From Malacoraja senta (lineage: Eukaryota): a stretch of 64,000 bases of DNA. The position numbers were made by a program, and so were the translations under genes. The notes beneath the pieces are model-generated. The model worked only from the letters and a program-made list of their open reading frames with translations. It was not told the DNA's origin and made no database searches. Positions 42,162 through 53,204 of the stretch are shown piece by piece (the first letter of the stretch is position 1; the number at the start of each line of letters is the position of its first letter). The stretch is taken from contig CM075987.1 of the NCBI GenBank assembly GCA_038087875.1, forward strand, positions 21,516,001 to 21,580,000. Reading direction: 5' to 3'.

Positions 42162-43785
42162 TTCTTTCTATTTAGAGGTCTGCCTTTTGATTCCTCTTAA
42201 CAAAGTTCAAAACTAACACTTTTCCATAATAAACTAATTTGTCAGGTTTTTACTCTTTGAATCTATATCCTGTTGCATCAGTTTAGTTTGTCACATGTAC
42301 CGTGGTACAGTGAAAAGCTTTTTGTTGCGTGCTAACCAGTCAGCAGAAAAAACAATACATGATTACAATCAATCCATTTACAGTGTATAGATATATGATA
42401 AGGAAATAACGTTTAGTGCAAGATAAAGCCAGCAAAGTCCAGTCAAGGGTAGTCAGAGGGACATCAAAGAGGTAGATTGTAGTTCGTCACTGCTCTTTGG
42501 TTGTGGTAGGATGATTCAGTTGCCTGATAACAGCTTGGAAGAAACTGTTCCCAAATCTGGTGGTGTGCACTTTCGCACTTATATACCTTTTGCCTGATGG
42601 GAGAGGGGAGAAGTGGGAGTGGCCAGGGTGCGACTCGTCCTTGATTATACTGCTGGCCTTGCCGAGGCAGCGTGAGGTGTAAATGGAATCAAGAGAAAGG
42701 AGGTTGGTTTGTGTGATGGCCTGGGCTGCGTCCACAATTAGCTGCAATTTTTTTACGGCCCTTGATGAAGCTGTTCCCAAACCAAGCTGTGATGTATCCT
42801 GATAAAATGCTTCCTATGGTGCATCTGTAGAAGTTGGTGAGAGTTCTAGGGGACATGCCAAACTTCCTAAGGCCTTCTAAGGAATCAGAGGCGTAGGTGT
42901 ACCTTCTTGGTCGTTGCTTCAATATGGGTGTTCCAGGGGAAGTTGTTGGTGATATTGACCAAGGAATTTGAAGTTTTCGACCATCTCTACTTCAGCACCA
43001 TCAATGCAAACTCAGGTTTGCATCCTGAATTCGATCACTATCTCCTTTGTCTTGCTGACATTGAGAGAAAGGTTGTTGTATCGACACCAGAATACGAGGT
43101 TCTCAATCTCCTTCCTGTACTCCGTCTCATCATTATTTGATATCCGGCCCACAATGGTGGTGTCGTCTGCGAATTTGAAAATTGAATTAGATTTGTACAT
43201 AGCTGCGCAGTCGTGGGGTGTACAAGGATTAAGAAGGGGGCTGAGAACACATCGTTGCGGAGCCCCCGTGTTGAAGATTATTGTGGAGGATGATTTGTCC
43301 CCTATCCTCACTGATTGTGGTCTGTTGGTCAGGAAGTCGAGGGTCCAGTTGCAGAGATGAGTGCTGATCCCAAGTCCTGCGAGTTTGATGATAAGCTTGG
43401 ATGGTATAATGGTATTGAAGGCAGAGCTGTAGTCTATGGAGTCTGACGTAGGTGTCTCTCTTCTCTCAGTATTCTAGGGATGAGTGTAGGGCGATGGCAT
43501 CATCCGTGGACCTTTTGTGGTGGTAGGCGAACCGCAGTGGGTCAAGGCCGCTGGGTAGCCTCTCAAAGCATTTCATGATGGTGGATGTCAAGGCCACTGG
43601 ACGGTAGTTGTTTAGGCATGAGGTCTTGCTTTTCTTCGCCACTGGGATGATGGTGGTCTTCTTGAAGCAGGAAGAGTAGGGGGAGTAGGGGGAGATTAAA
43701 GATGTCCGTGAATACTCCCGCTAGCTAGTCCGTGCAGCTACTAAGGACACGGCTAGGAACTCCGTCTGGTTCAGTTGCTTTCTGT

Positions 43786-45759
43786 CAAAGATACTAGAGG
43801 AGCCAAGATAGACCACTCCTCCGAAATCCAATGGACTGACGTGTAGTACGTAACGGAACGTCACGGCCGCCATTTGTTTATGCCAAACGCAACTATGCCT
43901 CCCGCTGTGGACTCCGCTCTATCAATCCCTTGTATTGCTTTAACACACACTGTGCACAAAATTAAATTTAACTTATATATATATTTATATGAATGTGTGT
44001 TTGTGTGTGCCTGTGTGTGAGAGGCAAGTTAAGGGCCTGTCCCACCAGCATGCGATTGCATGCGTCTAGCGCGACCAAACGTGGTCACTTGAAAAATCTT
44101 GCAGTCCGAAAATCCCGCGCGCCAACGGCCTGTCGGCCTGCAGGCGCATTGAGGGTGTACGCAGCGTCCCGACGGGCGTGCGCAGCGTCTTGATGTCGTA
44201 CGCAGCGTCTTGACGCCGTTGTGCGAGAGTTGTTTTTTAAATGTGCTATATAAATAAAAGTGACTTGACTTGACATATTTCTCTAGATTCTTTCTTCAGA
44301 GAGGGAGAAGGGGGAGAGGGGAGAAGGGGAAGGGGGAAGAGAGAGAAGGGGGAAGAGAGAGAAGGGGGAAGAGAGAGAAGGGGGAAGAGAGAGAAGGGGG
44401 AAGAGAGGAGAAGGGGGAAGAGGGAGAAGGGGGAAGAGGAGAAGGGGGAAGAGGGAGAAGGGGGAAGAGGAGAAGGGGGAAGAGGGAGAAGGGGGAAGAG
44501 GGAGAAGGGGGAAGAGGGAGAAGGGGGAAGAGGGGGAAGGGGGAAGAGGGGGAAGAGGGAGAAGGGGAAGAGGGAGAAGGGGGAAGAGGGAGAAGGGGGA
44601 AGAGGAGAAGGGGGAAGAGGGAGAAGGGGGAAGAGGGAGAAGGGGGAAGAGGGAGAAGGGGGAAGAGGGAGAAGGGGGAAGAGGGAGAAGGGGGAAGAGG
44701 GAGAAGGGGGAAGAGGGAGAAGGGGGAAGAGGGAGAAGGGGGAAGAGGGAGAAGGGGGAAGAGGGAGAAGGGGGAAGAGGGAGAAGGGGGAAGAGGGGGA
44801 AGGGGGAGGAGGGGGAAGGGGGAGGAGGGGGAAGGGGGAGGAGGGGGAAGGGGGAGGAGGGGGAAGGGGGAGGAGGGGGAAGAGGGAGGAGGGGGAAGAG
44901 GGAGAAGGGGGAAGAGGGAGAAGGGGGAAGAGGGAGAAGGGGAAGAGGGAGAAGAGGGAAGGGGAGAAGGGGGAGAAGGGGGAGAAGGAGAAGGGGGAGA
45001 GGGTGAAGGGGGAAGAGGGAGAAGGGGAGAGGGAGAAGGGGAGAGGGAGAGTGGAACGATAGCACGTTATAACGCGCAGCCGTCCCATTCCGACCAAAGA
45101 TTATAGAGCAGAGCTCCTCTAGTATCTTTGATTCCGACCGCCGCCGCCGAACCCCCCGCCCCACCATTGCACCCAAAGATTATAGAGCGGAGTTCTATAA
45201 TCTTTGATTGCACCCTTCTTTACGGCGGGCTTGTGATCTTTGTTTTTGATGTCTCGACAATTCGAGGGACATAATCAGTAACAGCCGCCGCATTCTCGGA
45301 CTCGAATCGGGCCATATTTTGGAGACCCCTGCCTTACAAGAACAAAACCAAAAATGTACAGAAGTGTTAAAATTATTGTCTTTATTATTGTGGTAAGTAA
45401 AGATCTATTAAAAATAATTCTAATAACTTTCTAATGTACCGGCAAACCTAGTTTCCCAATGGCCGTTGATGGGAGAACAGAAAATAACATCTTCAGGACA
45501 GAATATCGACAGAAAATAATAATAATATTTTCTCACCTTTCTTTTTTATTGGGGAACCTAAAGAATGACAGGTCGGGTCATCTACATTTACGATTAGAGC
45601 AATTGATAGCAGAGCAGTGAGATGAAGATTTAGATGTGGACGCCATGACAGTATGCGGGCAGCCCTATAAAATGCCCTATAAAATGGCGTCGACAATCAC
45701 ACACGTCATACTACGCTTTTTTCGCTGAGTGGCGCATCTTGGCTCCTCTAGTATCTTTG
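43786..45759. mobile_element. Non-autonomous DNA transposon, 24-bp perfect TIRs, 8-bp TSD
   Basis: caaagatactagaggagccaagat (43786-43809) and its exact reverse complement (45736-45759); flanks ctttctgt / ctttccat. Confidence 0.88.
44299..45050 (+). repeat. Pure polypurine minisatellite, about 16-bp unit gagggagaagggggaa
   Basis: About 750 bp made almost only of G and A with tandem unit variants. Confidence 0.95.
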
Positions 45760-46315
45760 CTTTCCATGGGATTATCCTCAGGAACGCCAATCTAACCTCT
45801 GGTACAGTCACCCTGGGGGGAACACATCGGAGTCTGACGGATCAGGTATATCCGCTCTGTTGGCCTATTGCTTGAAGCGAGCATAGAAAGCATTCAGTTC
45901 ATCGGGTAGGGTTGCACTATCACCAATGATGTTGCCTGACTGTGCTTTGCAGCCAGTAATCTTATTCATACCTTCCCACATTCTCTGTGTGTCTGAGTGT
46001 ACATGTCTGTGTGTACATGGTCTCCCACTTCATTAGTGTTAACAACAAATGGGCATACCTGATGCCTGCTCCTGTCTCCAAGTCATTAATACCAGTAGTA
46101 ACTAATTATGGCCAAAAACTGATCCCTGGGTACTCCACGAATTATATCCTTCCAGAGCCCCATGTATTCACATTTACATTCTGTCCCCCTCTCTCTGCCA
46201 TTCTCTCCCTCACATACAATCAGAGTGTTTTGAATTAGAGCAGGTTTGTGAAGGATGGAAGTTGGTCAAGTGGAAAAAGGAGTTATATTTTGCCTTCACC
46301 CTCGAAGGTGGAATG

Positions 46316-46608
46316 TTCTTTGTAAAACATCACATCAGCAGACAATATTTGGAGCTGATTTTAAAAAATTGAATAAGGGGCATGGAGAAATTGAGGAGTG
46401 TGGTTGAGACATGTCAAAAAAATAGTGGAGTAGGCTGGGAGGGTGTTTGAGACTTTGCTTAAATCAAATTAATGCACCAAACACCCGCACAGCCTACTCC
46501 ACTATTTTTGACAGGTCTCAACCACACTCCTAAATTTCTCCATGTCCCTTATTCAAATTTTTAAATCAGCTCCAAATATTGTCTGCTGATGTGATGTTTT
46601 ACAAAGAA
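46316..46608. repeat. Long inverted repeat (arms about 130 bp, spacer about 28 bp)
   Basis: 46316-46449 is a near-perfect reverse complement of 46478-46608. Confidence 0.92.
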
Positions 46609-46654
46609 TTATAATCTTAACATCTACCGAATGTTTCCTCTCAGAAATGGGTAT

Positions 46655-46980
46655 ATTGAGTTTGAGTTTAATTTATTGTCATGTTTACCAATGCACAAAG
46701 ACAATACTTGATTACAATCGAGCCATCCACAGTGTACAAATACATGATAATGGGAATAATGTGAATAACATTTAGTGCAAGCTAAAATCCAATAAAGTCT
46801 GATCAAAGATAGTCAGAGGGTCTCCAATGAGGTAGATAGTAGCTCAGGGCTGCTCTCTAGTTGTTGGTAGGATGGTTTAGTTGCCTGATAACTGCTGGAA
46901 AGGAACTGTCCCTGAATCTGTCCGTGTGCATTTTCATACTTCTATACCTCTTGCCCGATGGGAGAAGGGAGAAGAGGGAG
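46655..46980 (-). mobile_element. Rex1/L2-like LINE 3' end fragment
   Basis: Matches 42281-42620 (gattacaatc...cacagtgta...gttgcctgataac...tctatacct). Confidence 0.7.
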
Positions 46981-47349
46981 ATAATTTCCCATTCTGTCTT
47001 TCTAGCCCTAGGAATCCTATAATTATCCTAAAATAATAATATTATTTGCACAATCTATAATGCCCTGGAGCCATTTGCCAGAGCCTATTTGCCAAATCCT
47101 CGAACTCTTTACACAATAATTTAGGGAGTATCCTCATCATACAAAAAACACCGTTTCAAGAAATCCATAATTGGATTTGCGTTTGCCTTGTCAACAATAT
47201 ATGTATGCACACAGGCACAAATCGCGTTTGATCCATCGATAATCGACGACTTACAAGAAAATTTGCTTTTAATGCATTTGCACAAGTACAATATTTTAAA
47301 GCGCTGTAACTCTGATATCGAAATGAAGAGACGGAAACAAGCTACTTGC

Positions 47350-47713
47350 CTAAATGGCTGTGACATCTGTGACACGTTGCCACTGTCCAAGAATATCCAG
47401 GAAACCAGGAGACCTGGTCGTCCGCCGGCCAGTGCTTGTGGACGGCAGCTCGCTTGAAAGTGAGCACCTGGAAACGAAGGCCATGCGGGTTCTGGAAGAG
47501 CTGCACCGGGACCCTTCGCTCACCGATCAGCGTGTCGTTCCTCTGAGCTAAAGCCAAGGGACTGGCCACAAATTTAAGGTCCCGACTGACAGCCACCTCG
47601 TAACCACATGACCTGCACAGCAAGAGCTCATCCCCCGACTCCTCTTCCTTCCCTTGACTGGCGTTATGACCGCTCACGGCGGAGACCGACATCAACAGCA
47701 ACATCCACCACAT
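47350..47713 (-). CDS. Secreted cereblon-like CULT-domain protein, main coding exon (exon starts at 47743; 3' boundary 47350 or 47346)
   Basis: Signal-peptide-like MWWMLLLMSVSAVSG, CRSC, FQNPHG, SWFPGYSWTVATCHRCHSHLG; in-frame TAG upstream of the ATG; acceptor ctctcag| at 47744-47745. Confidence 0.88.
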
Positions 47714-48649
47714 CTTCCAGGCCGCTTCCCACTCCTACCCCACCTGAGAGAAAAAGTAAAATAAAACGTGTTAATTTCCCCAGAATAAAATTACTTTCAA
47801 ATACACATTTTTTATCGCCGTAGCCAACAAATTATTTCAAATTTGCCTGGGATCCATGGTACTGTAACGCATTTTGCAGCACATATTTTAATTCTCCAGC
47901 CTTTTTAACTATAGCTTTCCTGCAACTTACATTTAAGTGTCTTATAGAAGAAACACATAGCAATGTAAGAGCCTCGGACATTTATCTCCTCCACCCCCTA
48001 CTGGCTGGAGGATTCTATACACTTTCTGCTGTTGAGACAGAATCATTTCATTTCACGGGTTCCATTAATATCACATCCCACTTTTCAAGGTCGTCTAGAA
48101 ACAAAATTCCTTTCAAACATGCAAGGGAAACTTGCATTCGCACACAGCCATGCGGGTTCTGGAAGAGCTGCACCGGGACCCTTCGCTCGCACGTTGCAGC
48201 TAATTAACTACTTTAGTAATTTAGAAAATGGGATAGCCATTTAGCATTCAGGATGACATAAACAGTTAGTATAATAATTATATACAAAATATCTTGTATC
48301 ATAACTTTGGCTGAGAAAGAAATGTTGTTTGGACATTGGGGAAAATTTCTTGCTTTTTATTCTTCAAAATATTGTTCCTGAATCTTACATATCTGCCCGT
48401 AAAGGTAGATGAGACACGAGAACACACAAAATAGGAGCTTTGAGCCTGTTCCGTCATTCACCAATATGTGTGCTGCTTTTCTACCTCAGCCCCATTTTCC
48501 GGCACTATTCACACATCAACTCGATTCCCCTAATGTTTAAATAATCTATCAATTTCTGTTTTCAAAGATTACAATGCCTGAGCATCCAGGGTAGAGAATG
48601 CACCACTATCTGAGTGAAGAAATTCCTTAATCCTGAATGGGGTCCTTCC

Positions 48650-51297
48650 TAAACAATGCAAAAGCAAGGAGAGACATTAGCTTGGATGCTGTAGAATCGG
48701 TATGGGTAGAACTGCAAAATAGCCAAGGGCAGAAAACACTTGTTGGAGTGGTAAACAGACCACCAAACAGCAGTAGGGAGGATGGGGATAGCATCAAGCA
48801 GGAAATTAGGGATGTGTGTAGCAAAGGAACAGCGGTTATCATGGGTGACTTTAATCTACATATAGATTGGGCCAACCAAATTGATAACAGTGCCGAGGAG
48901 GAGGATATCCTGGAATGTATGTAAGATGGGTTTTTAAACCAATACATAGAGGAACCGACCATCCTAGACTGGGTATTGTGTAATGAGGAAGGATTAGTTA
49001 GCGATCTTGTTGTGCAAGGCCCCTTGGGGAACAGTGACCATAATATGGTGGAATTCTGCATTAGGATGGAGAGTGACACGGTTGATTCAGAGATTAGGGT
49101 CCTGAACTTGAATAAAGGAAACTTTGAAGGTATTAGACAGGAATTGGCTAGGATAGACGGGCAAATTATACTTAAAAGGTTGACAGTGGAGATGCAATGG
49201 CGAAGATTTAAAGACCGCATGGATGAACTCCAGAAATTGTTCATCCCTGTCTGACGATATAATAACACTGGGAAGGCGGCACAACCGTGGTTGAAGAGGG
49301 AAGTCAAGGATAGTGTTAAAGCCAAGGAAGAGGCATATCAATTGGCCAGAAGAAGCGGCAAACCAGAGGACTGGGAGAAATTTAGAACAGAGGAGGACAA
49401 AGGGGTTAATTAAGAGGGGGGGGGGAAGAGCATGAAAGAAAGCTTGCAGGAAATAAAACTGCCGAAAAGTTTCTATAGGTATGTAAAAGGAAAAGATTAG
49501 TGAAGACAAATGTAGGTTCCTTACAGTCAGAGACAGGTGAATTCATAATGGCAAACAAGGAAATGGCAGAACAGTTAAACGAGTACTTTGGTTTTGTCTT
49601 CACTAAGGAAGACACAATCTCCCGGAAATATTAGGGGACTGAGGATCTAGTGGGAGGGAGGAACTGAAGGGGATCCTCATTAGTCAGAAAATGGTGTTAG
49701 GTAAACTGTTGTGACTGAAGGCAGATAAATTGCCAGGGCCAGATGGTCTGCATCCCAGAGTACTCAAGGAGGTGTCCCTCAAAATCGTGGATGCATTGGT
49801 GATCATTTTCCAATGTTCTCTCGACTCTGGATCAGTTCCTATACACTGGAGGGTAGCCAATGTAACTCCACTTTTTAAGAAAGGAGGGAGAGAGAAAACG
49901 GGGAGTTATAGATCAGTTAGCCTTACATCGGTAGTGGGGAAGATGCTGGTCAATTATTAAAGATGTTATAGCAGCACATTTGGAAAGCAGTGATGGGTTC
50001 GGTCAAAGTCAGCAAGGATTTATGATGGGGAAATCATGCTTGACTAATCTTTTGGAATTTTTTGAAGATGTAACAAGTAGAATGGATAAGGATGTGGATG
50101 TGGTGTATCTGGGCTTTCAAAAAGCCTTTGACAAGGTCCCACACAAGAGATTAGTGTGCAAAATCAGAGCACATGGTATTGGGGGTAGGCTATTGACATG
50201 GATGGAGAACTCGTTGGCAGACAGGAAAGCAAAGAGTAGGATCTAACAGGTCCTTTTCAGAATGGCAGGCAGTGACCAGTGGGGTGCCACAACGCTCAGT
50301 GCTGGAACCCCAGTTGTTTACAATTTATATTAACGATTTAGACGAGGGAATTAAATATAACATCTCTAAGTTTGCAGATGACACAAAGCTGGGTGGCATT
50401 GTGTGCTGCGAGGAGGATGCTATGAGGCTGCAGGGTGACTCAGATAGGTTGGGTGAGTGGGCAGAAGCATGGCAGTTGCAGTATAATGTGGATAAATGTG
50501 AGGTTATCCACTTTGGTGGCAAGAACAGGAAGGCAGATTATTATCTGAATGGTGCCAGATTAGGAGATGGGGAGGTGCAATGAGACCTGGGTGTGCTTGT
50601 ACATCTGTCACTAAAAGTAAGCATGCAGGTACAGCAGGCAGTGAAGAAAGCCAGTTGGCCTTCATTGCGAGAAGATTTGAGTTTAGGAACAAGGAGGTCC
50701 TACTGCAATTGTACAGGGCCCTGGTGAGACCGCACGTGGAGTATTGCGTGCAATGTTGGTCTCCTAATTTGAGGAAGGACATTATTGCTATTGAGAGAGT
50801 GCAGCATAGGTTCACAAGGTTAATTCCCAGGATGGCGGGACTGACGTACGATGAAAGAATGGGTCGACTGGGCTTGTATTCACTGGAATTTAGAAGGTTG
50901 AGAGGGGATCTTTAGAAACATATAAAATTTAGAGGATTGGACAGGGTTGATGCAAGAAAAATGTTCCCGACGTTGGGGGTGTCCAGAACCAGGGGTCATA
51001 GTTTAAATATAAGGGGCAGGCCATTTAGGACTGAGATGAGGGAAAACCTTTTCACCCAGAGAGTTGTGAATCTGTGGAATTCTTTGCCACAGAAGGCAGT
51101 GGGGGCCAATTCATTGCATGTTTTCAAGTGAGAGTTAGATTTAGCTCTTAAGGCTAATGGAATCAATGGATATGCGGAAAAAGCGGAACGGGGTACTGAT
51201 TTTGGATGATAAACCATGATCATATTGAATGGCGGAGCTCGTTCGAAGGGCTGAATGGTCTACTCCTGCACCTATTTTCTATACTTCTATGTTTCTA
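48650..51297 (+). mobile_element. CR1 LINE, 5'-truncated, frameshifted (endonuclease and RT remnants)
   Basis: IMGDFNLHIDW, LGNSDHNMVEF, PGPDGLHPRVLK, KFADDTKL, CR1 3' tail ctatgtttctat. Confidence 0.92.
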
Positions 51298-52199
51298 TAA
51301 TGTGCCTCCAGTCTTCGGCTCTTCATTCAAAACAAACCCCTTGTATCTAGCCTAACGCCCTGCAAGAATTTTGTAAGCCAGGAAAGTTCACAGTTATGGT
51401 GAACATCGTGCAGCTGACAGGTTGTGGTAAATATTTGGTTCCTGTTGAATGGGATGAGACTGATTGTGTGAGGCACTTTAAAGAAGAGGAAGCGTGAGAA
51501 TGTTGACATTGATTTTTATGCAGTAACGTCGTGTTGGTGCTGCTGTTTTGAAAATAATAGGAGAATGTACGTGGAGATCTGTTCAACAGACATCAATACT
51601 TGATTCTCTCTACTAGGCATGGCCAAGGTGATAAATACACATTTGTTTCCTTTGCTTGGATATTATAATCTAACAGAAATCAGTACTCAATTTCCCCTTT
51701 TTATAGCACTTACCCATGCAATTTTGGGACACAAAAGCTCTTCCCTTCCTGCTAACAAGGGACTTAATCATCCTTTCTAGGTAAAGCAAGAACGCACGTG
51801 CACCACTGCCCTTGGGACTTAATACTATTGTCTTCTTTTCTCTCTACAGAAATACTGTACTTTACTGTTTCAATGTGTCTCCTCTTTTTCCAACCATTTT
51901 TTTTAAAGTGACCAGTCTACTCTGGTAGACTTATTTGGTGGATGTTTTGGTTCGCATCCTGTCACAAATATTCCTCCTGTTCCCTCTACCCTTAGCCCTA
52001 TTTGCGACTTACAACACCTTTCCCCCCTTTTTTTTCACTTCTGATGGAGTCCTTGACCTGAAATGTTGACTGATTCTCTTTTCATGGGCGATGCCTGACC
52101 CTCAGGTGACTTCCAGCTTTTTCTTATTTTTTAACATTATATAATTTTTAAAAATGTTGTTTTTGTTTGTTGTTGAGTGCCATTTGGGCCTCACTGTTA

Positions 52200-52735
52200 T
52201 ACTTTAGTTTAGTTTATTATCACGTGTACCAAGGTACGGTGAAAAGCAAAGGGTGGTGGATGTATGGAACAAAGGGTAGTGGATGTATGGCCAGAGGAGG
52301 TAGTTGAGGCTGGGACCATCCCAACGTTTAAGAAGCAGTTAGACAGGTACATGGATAGGACAGGTTTGCAGGGATATGGACCAAAAGCAGGCAGGTGGGA
52401 CTAGTGTAGCTGGGACATGTTAGCCGGTGTGTATCACTCTGTCTCTAAAAGCTTTTGTTTGGTGCTAACCAGTCAGCAGAAGGACAATACATAATTCCAA
52501 TCGATCCATTTACAGTGTATAGATACATGATAAGGGAATAACGTTTAGAGCAAGGTAAAGCCAGCAAAGTCCGATCATGGATAGTCCAAGGGTCATCAAA
52601 GAGGTAGATAGTAGTTCAGCACTGCTCTCTGGATGTGGTAGGATTATTCAGTTGCCTGGTAACAGCTGGGAAGAACATATCTCAGAATCTGGTGGTGTGT
52701 GTTTTCACACTTCTATACCTTTTGTCTGATGGAAG
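52200..52735 (-). mobile_element. Rex1/L2-like 3' fragment with a nested plus-strand CR1 3' piece (about 52248-52446)
   Basis: Matches 42281-42600; the nested piece is flanked by aaaagc direct repeats. Confidence 0.65.
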
Positions 52736-52789
52736 ATAAAGTTATCCTTACAGTTTTAAAAGAAAATACCTTCTAGCCATCCCAACGGT

Positions 52790-53112
52790 GTCAATCGCGC
52801 CACCTGAGCCGTTGATGAACCACACCCCAGACCGACGAGCTCAATCACCCCATCCACGCTTCGCCCCGCCCTTCGTATCGAATTGGTCGCGGCTGAGATG
52901 ACCGACACCGCGTTGTCCAATGGGCGCACGAAGCGAGCAGCCCGCGCTTTAAATTAGGGCGGGACTCGAGGGGGCGGTTAGAGTGCACGGGGTTTAAAAA
53001 TGTTTTTTAAAAAGCCGTTAGACGGTATGTAAATAGTAAAGGCTTGGAAGGGGAAAAAAATAAAATAGTAAGAAGCAGCAGGAGGAGGATAACTGACAGT
53101 ATCCGAGGCACG
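52790..53112. promoter_or_regulatory. CpG-rich promoter of pkn3, possibly shared with the CULT gene
   Basis: GC boxes in both orientations (ccccgccc about 52864, gggcggg about 52956, ggggcgg about 52971), ATTGG at 52882 and CCAAT at 52917. Confidence 0.7.
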
Positions 53113-53133
53113 ATGGCGGGAGATAGCCAACAG
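53113..53133 (+). CDS. pkn3: Protein kinase N3, probable coding exon 1
   Basis: acgATGG Kozak; MAGDSQQ|gtcagg, phase 0, similar to the short MASDAVQ first exon of PKN1 and in frame with 57881. Confidence 0.65.
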
Positions 53134-53204
53134 GTCAGGAACGGTCGCGGTGGTCTCGGGGACTGGCAGAACTCTTGAAGCGGGGACGGGTATCTCCTCC
53201 CCGA

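Larger units (their letters stand above)
42281..45985 (-). mobile_element. Rex1/L2-like LINE, interrupted by a TIR element at 43786-45759
   Basis: Minus-strand RT fragments [45 protein letters not shown] sequence resumes after 45759. Confidence 0.85.

Noticed and set aside
44246..45176. Three 278-297 aa ORFs rich in Pro/Ser/Phe/Leu or Gly/Glu/Arg
   Set aside because: Stop-free translations of the homopurine minisatellite.
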